Source: a virus
Strand: one strand, 5' to 3'
Length of the DNA stretch: 55,909 nt
Virus record (IMG/VR): IMGVR_UViG_3300036781_000607
Coordinates: 1 to 55,909 of that record
Of the stretch, positions 34,237 through 43,012 are shown piece after piece. Every line of letters starts with the position of its first letter. Positions within the stretch are counted from its first letter, which is position 1. Under the pieces are notes generated by a model. That model saw only the letters and a program-made list of their open reading frames with translations. It did not search any database and was not told the origin of the DNA. A program made the position numbers and the translations under genes.

Positions 34237-36344
34237 TATTTTTTGTAATAATCTCCTACGAATCCGTCAGCAAAAATAGGCCAGGTTTTTGCCCATTCAG
34301 GAACATCTAACATTAATTCCTTAATTGTGTCAAAGCTTACAGAGCCTTTTTTTACTTCCAGGACACACTCATCATGCACCGAGAGTACAACAGGGTATCC
34401 GGCGTTTTCAATATTCATAATAGAGTGCATTAAAAGATCACGGCTGATACCCTGAGTAAAATTTTCCACCAGGCGCGGGCCAAATGTTTCAATTATACCC
34501 CATTGTTTTGTAGTTTGATTCTGCCCCCAGAAGCATACGGTTTCACGGGTATTAGGTTTAGTACCATCATCTTTTAAGTTGAGTTTTTTAAGATACCAGT
34601 AATACTCATCCATGGTACCGCGCCTTACTTCTCCAACTTTTACATTTTTTATCTCGATCACATATTCTTTGGTTTCTTCATCTAATTTCATTGAAGGAAT
34701 GTGGGCAATATAAAATTTTCGTAAATGTGCTTTATGGTAAACAATACACCTGCCCGAGGGGAATTTCATTAGCAAATTGCCATTCTTCATGCCGAAAGCT
34801 ATACCATGTTTAACCGGTGAAAACTCCCCTGTCCTAATCGCGTTCTTTGCGGCCGCATCCGTATCCCACCACAATTGAACAATATTGGCATTGGCCTCCC
34901 GGAAAGCTTTGATCAGCCCCGGCATTTCTTTTACAGGGATTCGCTTCTTTGGATCTTCGATGGTTTCGTTCATGCGCTCCATGGCTAAATGACTGCCCCC
35001 ATATTGCCCTAATAAAAACGATATTTTTGCTTTTTGCCGCTGGTCTTTCGTAACTTCCTCGAAAGGAACTTTGAACATATTAACAGCCGTCTTTTTATAT
35101 ACGTCCTCTTTGTTGGCAAAAGCTTTGATTAGCCAGGTTTCATCTGCGAGGCAACTGAGAGTTACAGCCTCCACGCTCGTGAAGTCTAAAACAATAAATT
35201 CATTGCCTTCATCTGCTATAAAAGTAGGTCTTAATAACTGTGATAACACATCAGATAAATCGGGGAATATCATGTGTAAAGAATCTATATCTCTACGTTT
35301 TACTACTTCCCTGGTATCATCCAGCATAGGTTCAAACCATTCTTCGATTCGCCTGAAATTTTGACCGTTAAAAATTCTGCCGGCTTCTCGACCGGTCCTG
35401 TTAGCACCGTAGTATTGAGTAAGGCCGCGCACCCTGAAATCTTCCCCGGCGGCAGCTTTCATTGAGGCATATTTTTTGATACTGGACCGGGACATTAACT
35501 GCCTGATACGTAAAATTCGTTTTGCGGGGCCTTCGTCTATTTCATTAAGCAACTTACTGACAGTTTGTTTATTCAGATTATCAAGAGCATCTTCAGTTTC
35601 TAATTCCAGCCATTTTTTAAGTTGCGTAGGCGAATTTACATTTTTAAGACCTGTTAAATTAACAGCTTCTTCAGTAAGTTCAGCCCGGTAAACCCGGTCC
35701 AGTTCCATAGCCGAATCGATCAAATCAATATCAACTTTAATTCCGCGTTCATTTTTAAGTTCATTCAGACACCAGATTTGATGCTCTTTCTTCGGAATAC
35801 TATACCATTCGCAAGCTTTATGAACAGCCTGTTCTACCTCGACGTCAATTTTATTATAATTTTTAAATTGCTCCCATTTCTCAGGGTCATGTTCAGGCAA
35901 GTTACGGGTACGCATACCATTAACCGCTGTTGGCTTACAGGGAATGCAAAAATACCTGATCAGCGACTTGCCGATAGGGTCTTTTTTTTCAATCAGTCCA
36001 AGGGCTTTACTGGCGTCATCCAGGCTTAAAGGCAATCCGCACATAGCGGCCCTGACCAAACTACACTCCCATTGCTCCGCAGGTGAATAGATATCTAATA
36101 CAGTGTTAAGATATCCGCGTTCGTAGGGAGCATTATAAGCACGTTTAATATAGTTCGGATCAGTGAATGCTGATAAAAGCCACGCAGGTATTTTTTCTTT
36201 GGTTAAATCCAGTACAATAACAGGACCATAATCGAGTGAATACGCGAGCAGGATTATCTCACCGGACTCAGCACGTTTATAAACACCATACTTGATGTCA
36301 ACGGGGCTAAAATCTTCTATATCGAGGGATAAGATGTGTTTCAT
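34236..36344 (-). CDS. Family A DNA polymerase with 3'-5' exonuclease domain
   Basis: LSLDIEDFS (Exo I), the KISFLLGQYGG region, VLSVHDECVLEV (motif C). Confidence 0.85.
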   Translation of the reverse strand: MKHILSLDIEDFSPVDIKYGVYKRAESGEIILLAYSLDYGPVIVLDLTKEKIPAWLLSAFTDPNYIKRAYNAPYERGYLNTVLDIYSPAEQWECSLVRAAMCGLPLSLDDASKALGLIEKKDPIGKSLIRYFCIPCKPTAVNGMRTRNLPEHDPEKWEQFKNYNKIDVEVEQAVHKACEWYSIPKKEHQIWCLNELKNERGIKVDIDLIDSAMELDRVYRAELTEEAVNLTGLKNVNSPTQLKKWLELETEDALDNLNKQTVSKLLNEIDEGPAKRILRIRQLMSRSSIKKYASMKAAAGEDFRVRGLTQYYGANRTGREAGRIFNGQNFRRIEEWFEPMLDDTREVVKRRDIDSLHMIFPDLSDVLSQLLRPTFIADEGNEFIVLDFTSVEAVTLSCLADETWLIKAFANKEDVYKKTAVNMFKVPFEEVTKDQRQKAKISFLLGQYGGSHLAMERMNETIEDPKKRIPVKEMPGLIKAFREANANIVQLWWDTDAAAKNAIRTGEFSPVKHGIAFGMKNGNLLMKFPSGRCIVYHKAHLRKFYIAHIPSMKLDEETKEYVIEIKNVKVGEVRRGTMDEYYWYLKKLNLKDDGTKPNTRETVCFWGQNQTTKQWGIIETFGPRLVENFTQGISRDLLMHSIMNIENAGYPVVLSVHDECVLEVKKGSVSFDTIKELMLDVPEWAKTWPIFADGFVGDYYKK

Positions 36345-37090
36345 AATATAGTATTACAGAAATTATCAAATTGACTTTCATGTATAAAAAGCTTTTCAAT
36401 GGTTTTTTTCGACCCGCCATATAAACCGTTTGCTGATAAACTACTTCTGATAGTTCCTGACCAAATACTAATAAAATCGTCAGGCATCTGATACTCACTT
36501 ATAAAAAGTTCATGATCGTTTTTTACTTGCTCTCGGCAATAATTATAAAATGTTTCATGATTAAATTTAACGCGATATCCAGTGGTTCCTTTGTAAGGTG
36601 GGTCTAAATAAACTCTACTTTTCGGTGGTAGTAATACTTGATCGTAGGTTTTATTTATAAACTTAACTCTTTTTAATTTTTCTCTTTGTTTGAGAATATA
36701 ATTATAAGTTTCAGTTTGGTAATTACGTAAAACCCCTGTTTCGGGGGTATGTTCACCGGCGAATCCTGAAAATGGTTTTCCAGAATAACTACAACCAAAA
36801 CAAGTCCATCCAACTAATTCACCTGGAAAAAAGTCTTGATTATCACGTATAAAGATATATTCATCCTTTGAAGTCCATTTTGGCGGTTCCCATCCATTTT
36901 GTAATGAAATCCACATATCAATAAGTGGTTTATTAATATCATTCGCTATAATCAATGGATGGTTTATTTTATCAGTAAGATTACAGCCCCCACAAAATAA
37001 TTCAACAAAATATTGATCTAATTGTATGTTTTCAATAAGGATAGGAATTATATGCTTTGCTATTTTAGCTTTAGACCCCATGTATTTCAC
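36341..37090 (-). CDS. Dam-like N6-adenine DNA methyltransferase (D12 class)
   Basis: MKYMGSKAKIAKHIIP, ELFCGGCN, YLDPPYKGTTGY. Confidence 0.85.
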   Translation of the reverse strand: MKYMGSKAKIAKHIIPILIENIQLDQYFVELFCGGCNLTDKINHPLIIANDINKPLIDMWISLQNGWEPPKWTSKDEYIFIRDNQDFFPGELVGWTCFGCSYSGKPFSGFAGEHTPETGVLRNYQTETYNYILKQREKLKRVKFINKTYDQVLLPPKSRVYLDPPYKGTTGYRVKFNHETFYNYCREQVKNDHELFISEYQMPDDFISIWSGTIRSSLSANGLYGGSKKTIEKLFIHESQFDNFCNTIL

Positions 37091-37257
37091 AGGATATCCT
37101 CCGATTCAATCTCAATTATCTGTCGTTCGATCTCAGCCAACCCTGCTTTTAAAGCAATCATCCACTCGAAAGCAGAGGCAACCTGCATTCTGTCCAAAGC
37201 CTTGATCTGGGCTTCGGTGATCAATTTTTGTGATTGTAAAAATTCAAGCTTTGTCAT
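37087..37257 (-). CDS. Small hypothetical protein (56 aa)
   Basis: ATG at 37257. Its stop overlaps the Dam ATG (ATGA). Below the ORF-track cutoff. Confidence 0.4.
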   Translation of the reverse strand: MTKLEFLQSQKLITEAQIKALDRMQVASAFEWMIALKAGLAEIERQIIEIESEDIL

Positions 37258-37486
37258 TTCTTTTATTAATTTCTAATTGTTCTAACCACATAAATTCATC
37301 AAACCATTGGTCAAATTTACATAGTATAATAAACCAAATTTCATCATCTGAAAAAACCCCATTATTATAATAGTGAACTTCTTTTCTTATATCATCTACA
37401 AGCCATTGAACTATAAGGGGTTCTTCACTATCAAGATAAAATAATATATCATTGAACCGAAACCAAAGCCAGTCAAATGTTTTCAT
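37244..37486 (-). CDS. Hypothetical protein
   Basis: 80-aa ORF, first gene of the minus-strand Pol/MTase block. Confidence 0.45.
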   Translation of the reverse strand: MKTFDWLWFRFNDILFYLDSEEPLIVQWLVDDIRKEVHYYNNGVFSDDEIWFIILCKFDQWFDEFMWLEQLEINKRNDKA

Positions 37487-37519
37487 TAAATCAAAGGTAT
37501 AAAAATAATTTTAAAAATA

Positions 37520-37551
37520 ATTGCAAATATTAAAAATTAGTTTTTATATTT
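37520..37551 (+). promoter_or_regulatory. Bacteroidota-type promoter, conserved copy 3
   Basis: TTG at 37520-37522, a 21-nt spacer, then TATATTTG at 37544-37551. The block is near-identical to 25333-25366. Confidence 0.5.
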
Positions 37552-37576
37552 GTCAAGTCAATAAAAATTTTATAAA

Positions 37577-37765
37577 ATGGCAGAAGAAAAAATAAATGTA
37601 ACTTTTACATGGCCTAAAGAACTTGCTGATTTTGTCAGAGGACCTGTTTTTAAAAAGACAAGAGTTAGAATAGGACAATTGTCAGAATTAGCTATGGTAA
37701 TGTGGCTTAAAGAAAACGGGTACTGGGCTGAATACCAGGAAAGTTTAGCAGGAGATATATTATGA
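37577..37765 (+). CDS. Hypothetical protein
   Basis: 62-aa ORF. Confidence 0.45.
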   Translation: MAEEKINVTFTWPKELADFVRGPVFKKTRVRIGQLSELAMVMWLKENGYWAEYQESLAGDIL

Positions 37766-37950
37766 GCGAGTTCAGAATAAACATTGTTAAGTGTAATAAT
37801 TGCGGATGCGATTATGATTTGGCAGAATTTGATTATTGCCCTGAGTGTCTTATGGATAATGAAGGAAATGATCATAATGGTGAAGATAATGAAGGACGTA
37901 ATTATGATGATTTTTTACGCTCAGATCAAAGACATAAAGATTTGCAATGA
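37762..37950 (+). CDS. Zinc-ribbon protein with an acidic tail
   Basis: CNNCGCDYDLAEFDYCPEC. Confidence 0.5.
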   Translation: MSEFRINIVKCNNCGCDYDLAEFDYCPECLMDNEGNDHNGEDNEGRNYDDFLRSDQRHKDLQ

Positions 37951-38149
37951 CAAGCTGGAAAGACAGCTAAAACTTTACAGGGAAAAAGTACCTGCCTGAC
38001 AGGAGAAATAGTAAAGTGGGAGTTCTATAGTTCGACAACGAATTTAGCTTAAACCAGTTACAAACTCAGGCATGAGGATTGTGACCCCTGTTTTGAAAAT
38101 ATAAAGTGTTGGACTTACCGGCAATGTTGGATTGCACGAATACACTTTG

Positions 38150-38261
38150 ATAACCGGCGTCGAACGGTAGTAGACAACATACCGAAGCGCGTGTTCGAGT
38201 CCGCAAACTCAATGGTTCGACTCCTGAGAGTGCAGGTGCAGAGAATGTTGAAGCCGGTTAT
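38150..38261 (+). ncRNA. Candidate structured RNA element closed by a 9-bp stem
   Basis: ATAACCGGC at 38150-38158 pairs with GCCGGTTAT at 38253-38261 and is followed by TTTAAATTT. An inner hairpin CGGTA-gtagacaaca-TACCG and two T-loop-like strings (GTTCGAGTCC, GGTTCGACTCC) lack proper T-stems. Confidence 0.25.
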
Positions 38262-38292
38262 TTTAAATTTAGAAACTTAAAAAGACAATATA

Positions 38293-38793
38293 ATGATTAA
38301 AATTGAACTTGAATTTGCTACCGGCGCCGAAGCGCGTCAAGCGTTAACCGAGCTATTAGGCGGTAATTTATCCGTAATTCTACGCAGTGAAGATTTGGCT
38401 ATAAGGAACGAAAAAATTGCCGAAAATTTTGAGGCTCCAAAAATGGAAGTCTTAAAAGATGAAATCCCCGGAGAAAATTCCGCCCCGAAGCGACGCAGGA
38501 CTAAAGCTGAGTTGGCATTGGAAAATGCTGCACCCGCTGTTGAAAAAGAACTTGCTCTTGAAGGTGGTGATATCCAGTCAGATAATATCGAGACTGAAAC
38601 CAAAGAAGCCAGCAAAGCGATCACCGCTGATATGTTAAAGGAAAAAGCTGTTGAGCTTATCAGGAACAACAAAAAGCCGGAAGTAACTGCACTGGTTAAA
38701 AGCTTCGGCGCCGACTCAGTTGCCACTGCCGACAAAAATCCGATCAAACCAGAGGACTATATTCGGTTCATGGATGAATTGAATAAATTGTAA
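38293..38793 (+). CDS. Hypothetical acidic protein
   Basis: 166-aa ORF. The antisense ORF 38337-38747 is judged spurious. Confidence 0.5.
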   Translation: MIKIELEFATGAEARQALTELLGGNLSVILRSEDLAIRNEKIAENFEAPKMEVLKDEIPGENSAPKRRRTKAELALENAAPAVEKELALEGGDIQSDNIETETKEASKAITADMLKEKAVELIRNNKKPEVTALVKSFGADSVATADKNPIKPEDYIRFMDELNKL

Positions 38794-38801
38794 ATGTTGT
38801 T

Positions 38802-38984
38802 GAACAGTTGGCGGAATTGGTAGACGCTAATCAGGTAAAGGAGAACTTGTTCGGTAGTAGTGATACGGTGCGGACAAGATCAGTCAAATGAGTATGATAA
38901 ACTGATAGGACAAGAAGTAAAACGAGGCGACACGACCAAAGCGCGCCTATCCTTACCGTGCAGGTTCGAATCCTGCCCTGTTCA
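38802..38984 (+). tRNA. tRNA-like gene with a type II (Leu-like) D-arm, T-arm and acceptor, carrying a ~100-nt structured insert where the anticodon and variable arms should be
   Basis: GAACAGT-TG-GCGGAATTGGTAGACGC at the 5' end. GCAGG-TTCGAAT-CCTGC plus CCTGTTC-A at the 3' end. The acceptor pairs 6 of 7. I could not fold a canonical anticodon arm. Confidence 0.4.
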
Positions 38985-39011
38985 CAAGTTAAAAATGTTA
39001 AACTGAGTAAA

Positions 39012-40163
39012 ATGTCAAAACACGCAATCTTATCCCCATCGGCTGCGAGCCGCTGGATGGCCTGTACACCGTCTGCAAGACTCGAACAGGAATTTCCCAA
39101 TACTTCTTCGTCTTATGCTGATGAAGGCACCCTGGCACATGCTGTTGGTGAGTGCATCTTAAAACAGCTGGCTGGTTTCATATCGGGTGCCGAGGCCGAA
39201 ACGATCATGGCCGTTCACATGACCAACCAGTACTATAATAAAGAACTGCATGATTATGCGGAGGGTTACGCCTTTTACGTTTGGAACCAGATGAAGCCTG
39301 GCAAAACGCATCTTTTTATCGAGACGCGGCTTGATATGACTGAGTGGATAGAAGATGGTTTCGGCACCGCTGACGCGCTGATCATTGGTGATGGCGTACT
39401 GATCTTTGATGATTACAAACATGGCAAAGGCGTACCTGTTTATGCGCCTGAGAACAAGCAGCTGATGATCTACGCACTGGGTGCTTACGAGATGTTCAAA
39501 GAGATATTTGAGATCAACACGATCCAGATGAACATCTATCAGCCCCGCATTGATAATATCTCAGCCTGGGAGATCAGTGTTACTGACCTATTGGACTGGG
39601 CCGAGAATGAATTAAAGCCTCGCGCGGAACTGGCTTATGCCGGCGAAGGGGATTTTGCACCTGGAAAATCTTGTATTTTTTGTAAAGCAAAAAGTTCATG
39701 TAGGGCTTTACACGACTATAATATGGAATTAGCTAAACTTGAATTTAAGAACCCTGATATTTTAACTGACGAAGAAATCGCACTGGTTCTACAACGTTCT
39801 GATATGTTTACAAAGTGGATAGACTCAGTAAGTAGTTACGCATTAGCAACAGCAGTAAGCGGTGAAAAATCATGGCCTGGCATGAAGGTGGTAGCTGGAA
39901 GAAGCAACCGTAAATATTCTTCAGAAGTTATAGTTGCAACTAAACTTGAAGCTGCTGGCTATAAGGATATCTACAAACCTTTATCTCTTTTACCGCTCGG
40001 AGAAATGGAAAAAAAATTATCCAAACCTGTTTTTACAGAAATTGTAGAACCGCTATTATTAAAACCAGAAGGGGCACCAACTTTGGTAAAAATCGATGAT
40101 AAACGGCCTGTTTTCAGTGTAGCATCAAGAGAATTTACAGTGGTTCAAGATGAGGACATCTAA
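39012..40163 (+). CDS. DUF2800-type PD-(D/E)xK (Cas4-like) nuclease
   Basis: MSKHAILSPSAASRWMACTPS is the family-typical N-terminus, and there is a C-terminal Cys cluster CIFCKAKSSC. The ATG at 39012 is preferred over 38958, which overlaps the tRNA-like element. Confidence 0.75.
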   Translation: MSKHAILSPSAASRWMACTPSARLEQEFPNTSSSYADEGTLAHAVGECILKQLAGFISGAEAETIMAVHMTNQYYNKELHDYAEGYAFYVWNQMKPGKTHLFIETRLDMTEWIEDGFGTADALIIGDGVLIFDDYKHGKGVPVYAPENKQLMIYALGAYEMFKEIFEINTIQMNIYQPRIDNISAWEISVTDLLDWAENELKPRAELAYAGEGDFAPGKSCIFCKAKSSCRALHDYNMELAKLEFKNPDILTDEEIALVLQRSDMFTKWIDSVSSYALATAVSGEKSWPGMKVVAGRSNRKYSSEVIVATKLEAAGYKDIYKPLSLLPLGEMEKKLSKPVFTEIVEPLLLKPEGAPTLVKIDDKRPVFSVASREFTVVQDEDI

Positions 40164-40764
40164 GTTAAAATACGGTAAACCTGTAGACCAGATACCTGAA
40201 TATAGAGCTTGGAAAAAAGCTAAAGAACGCTGTACTTATAAAAAGGATATTAATTATAAAAACTATGGCGAACGAGACATAACTATGTGTGACGAATGGT
40301 TTAATAGTTATGACGCATTTATAAGTTACATGGGTGAAAAGCCCTCTCCTAACTACACACTTGATCGTATAAATGTAAATAAAGGTTATCGACCAGGAAA
40401 CTGCAAATGGTCAACGGCTGAAGAACAAGCCAATAATAAAAGAAATAACGTAACTATAGATACGCCGGAGGGAAAGATGTCTTTTAAACAGGCATCAGAA
40501 AGATTTGGTTTACATATTAATACAATAAAATCAAGAATAGCTTATGGTTTTCCGAAAAACGAGTTGTTTTTACAGGATGATTTAAGAAAAATGCCAGTTA
40601 AAAAATTCAATACAGATATTGGCACAAAAGTGATTGATACTGTTACAGGGAAAACCTATACAACAATTAAAAAAGCAGCATTAGACTTAGGAATTTCACG
40701 AAAAAGATTAGCTCATATGCTGTCCGGTAATACTAAAAATGATACTTCAATAGTAAAATTATGA
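40150..40764 (+). CDS. Homing-endonuclease-like protein with two NUMOD1/IENR1-like HTH repeats
   Basis: YTLDRINVNKGYRPGNCKWSTAEEQANNKRNN, then FKQASERFGLHINTIKSRI and IKKAALDLGISRKRLAHML. Confidence 0.55.
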   Translation: MRTSKLKYGKPVDQIPEYRAWKKAKERCTYKKDINYKNYGERDITMCDEWFNSYDAFISYMGEKPSPNYTLDRINVNKGYRPGNCKWSTAEEQANNKRNNVTIDTPEGKMSFKQASERFGLHINTIKSRIAYGFPKNELFLQDDLRKMPVKKFNTDIGTKVIDTVTGKTYTTIKKAALDLGISRKRLAHMLSGNTKNDTSIVKL

Positions 40765-41057
40765 TCTGTGAACTTTGTAACCAGGAAAATCCAATCAGTT
40801 GTGATCATCCTAAAAATGCTTACTGTGCCCTGTTTCTAAACTCAGCCGAAAAGGATATTAGGCAGTTCGGCCCGAAGCATTATAAAACTTTAGCTGACCT
40901 GGAAATTGGTGAGACGTTTCGTTACAAAGGTTCTGATGAAAATGACTGGCACACGGTAAGCGGCAAGGATGAAGCAAAGATTTATTACGCTGGCTATTTA
41001 CCGGATGTACCGCAGAGTAATTACAGGGTAGAAAATGTTGAGGTAATCGTGAGATGA
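40761..41057 (+). CDS. Hypothetical protein
   Basis: 98-aa ORF. Confidence 0.45.
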   Translation: MICELCNQENPISCDHPKNAYCALFLNSAEKDIRQFGPKHYKTLADLEIGETFRYKGSDENDWHTVSGKDEAKIYYAGYLPDVPQSNYRVENVEVIVR

Positions 41058-41569
41058 TGGAATTAAGTCCAGACAATATTAGAGAAATTTTTAATTATAA
41101 AGACGGACTTTTATTTTGGAAAATAAGACCTTCTCATAATGTACAAATAGGCGATATTGCTGGAAGTATAGGTCAAAAGAATAAAAAGCCTCGTAGAGTA
41201 GTTGCTTATAAAAACAAAGATTATTTAGTTGCTCGTTTGATATTTTGTTATCATAAAGGATATTTTCCTAAAGGAGTTGATCATGAAGATAGAAATCCTT
41301 TAAATGATAAAATAGAAAATTTAAGAGAATGCGATCAAAGTCAAAATATTGCTAATTCGTCATCAAGAAAAAATTCTACTTCTAAGTATCTCGGGGTTCA
41401 TTATTATAACAGAGATAGAGTTTGGATAGCTTCTATTACTAAAAACGGTAACCATATAGTTATTGGCCGTTATGATATTGAGCAAAAAGCTGCTCTTGCA
41501 TATAATAGAGCCGCTGTGCTTTATCATAAAGAATTTGCAAATTTGAATATAATAAACAAAAATAGTTAA
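41054..41569 (+). CDS. HNH-AP2 homing endonuclease (paralog of 15089-15619)
   Basis: VDHEDRNPLNDKIENLRECDQSQN and SKYLGVHYYNRDRVWIASI...AALAYNRAAVLYHKEFANLN. Confidence 0.8.
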   Translation: MMELSPDNIREIFNYKDGLLFWKIRPSHNVQIGDIAGSIGQKNKKPRRVVAYKNKDYLVARLIFCYHKGYFPKGVDHEDRNPLNDKIENLRECDQSQNIANSSSRKNSTSKYLGVHYYNRDRVWIASITKNGNHIVIGRYDIEQKAALAYNRAAVLYHKEFANLNIINKNS

Positions 41570-41577
41570 CAATTAAA

Positions 41578-42126
41578 TTGAGTAAAATGAACACAGAGAC
41601 AAAAGTTTCCACCCCGGAGTTAGTTAGATTTTCATATGTAAATTTAGAAAATCCTAAATGCGCTCCCGGATCCACTGAGGCCAAATTTGGCATGAGTGTG
41701 ATCATCCCGAAGTCCAATAAAAAGACTTTGAAACTGATTGAAACCGCAATCGAAGCGGCTATTGAAGTAGGTAAAGAAAAACACGGCAAGTCTTTTAAAG
41801 CCAAAAAACTTCCGCTGCGGGACGGCGATGAAGAACGTGAAGATGCAGCTTATGCAAATTCTTTCTTCCTGAATGCCAACTCCAAAAATCGCCCTGGTAT
41901 GGTTGACAAAAAAGTGCAGCCGATCCTTGATCTTAAAGAGATCAAATCAGGCGACTGGGGTAATGTGAGCCTGAACTTTTACCCGTTCAATGTCAACGGT
42001 AACAGCGGTATCGCTGTGGGCCTTAACCACGTACAGAAGGTAAAAGATGGCGAACCTCTGGGTAGCCAGACAAATGCGGCCGACGAATTTGACGAAATCG
42101 AATTTGAAGAAGATGACATTCTTTAA
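41578..42126 (+). CDS. DUF2815-type phage single-stranded DNA-binding protein
   Basis: VSTPELVRFSYVNLENPK...YGMSVIIPK-like N-terminus and an acidic tail DEFDEIEFEEDDIL. Confidence 0.7.
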   Translation: MSKMNTETKVSTPELVRFSYVNLENPKCAPGSTEAKFGMSVIIPKSNKKTLKLIETAIEAAIEVGKEKHGKSFKAKKLPLRDGDEEREDAAYANSFFLNANSKNRPGMVDKKVQPILDLKEIKSGDWGNVSLNFYPFNVNGNSGIAVGLNHVQKVKDGEPLGSQTNAADEFDEIEFEEDDIL

Positions 42127-42418
42127 ATTAACCAGGGTGTCGTTAATAGCGACACCCTTATTACTGCTTTGTAGCATTGCAGTAAACGCCCAAGTTAAAA
42201 AGCCTGCGCCAAAAGACACATCAAGTTATGTGCTTACTGAACCGCAAGTTATTTTAATCACACAGTTACTAAACTATGCAGAAACTACTGCTGGTAACAG
42301 CGATAAAATATCTACTCGCGACTATAATAATTTTCATTACCAGGTGATGAAAATAGATAGTGTCCTCCGGGTTCAGTATGCACAAAAGCATCCACCTAAA
42401 AAAGATGCTAAACATTAG
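42113..42418 (+). CDS. Small secreted protein (signal peptide)
   Basis: From the ATG at 42113: MTFFKLTRVSLIATPLLLLCSIAVNAQ... Confidence 0.45.
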   Translation: MTFFKLTRVSLIATPLLLLCSIAVNAQVKKPAPKDTSSYVLTEPQVILITQLLNYAETTAGNSDKISTRDYNNFHYQVMKIDSVLRVQYAQKHPPKKDAKH

Positions 42419-42528
42419 TTTCTTTCAACGCCTTGTGCAAGAAAAACCTGACAAAACTTATTCACAACAGGAAATTATTTATCACTTAGAAATACTACCG
42501 CAATTTCGCAAATCAAAATTAAAAGATC

Positions 42529-43011
42529 ATGGATCAAACATTAACACCGCAGCACAAAACTGCTCTCGGAAAAATCCTCGCAGCTCTCGGTTCATTTATC
42601 GTGAACCTGTTCCATAATGCAGGCAAATCATTTGAAGCGCTTCCACCCGATCAACAAAAGGCAACCATTGACGGCACCAATATCAGCCAAATATTAAAAA
42701 CCGGCTACGCAAACGGAGAAGCATGGGTATTAGCAGAAATAACAAAGGTTACAGGCCTTCCCAGTGATGTAGCTGAACAAACGATACTTTCTATTGCCAA
42801 AGATAATGGCGTTGACACAACCTCTGTACAGGCTTATCTTGATCACATTGCTGATAAGGTACAGGCCGGCGTCACGGATAATAAATGGAACGCGATCTGG
42901 CAGGATATAGCCAAGTTCGCCGCCACTTATTTAACCCAGGGAAAATTAGATTGGGTATCATTATCACTCGGGATAATTGAGTATGTATTTCAAACCTTTG
43001 TGAAAATATAA
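42529..43011 (+). CDS. Hypothetical protein
   Basis: 160-aa ORF, last plus-strand gene before the convergent terminator. Confidence 0.5.
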   Translation: MDQTLTPQHKTALGKILAALGSFIVNLFHNAGKSFEALPPDQQKATIDGTNISQILKTGYANGEAWVLAEITKVTGLPSDVAEQTILSIAKDNGVDTTSVQAYLDHIADKVQAGVTDNKWNAIWQDIAKFAATYLTQGKLDWVSLSLGIIEYVFQTFVKI

Positions 43012-43012
43012 T

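Noticed and set aside
38190-38235. Two GTTCGA(G/C)TCC strings as possible tRNA genes
   Set aside because: The flanking bases cannot form 5-bp T-stems, and I found no matching acceptor or D-arm. Kept only as part of a low-confidence structured region.
38958-39011. Upstream extension of the DUF2800 nuclease ORF (MQVRILPCSQ...)
   Set aside because: The extension overlaps the T-arm and acceptor of the tRNA-like element. The family-typical N-terminus MSKHAILSPS begins at the ATG at 39012.
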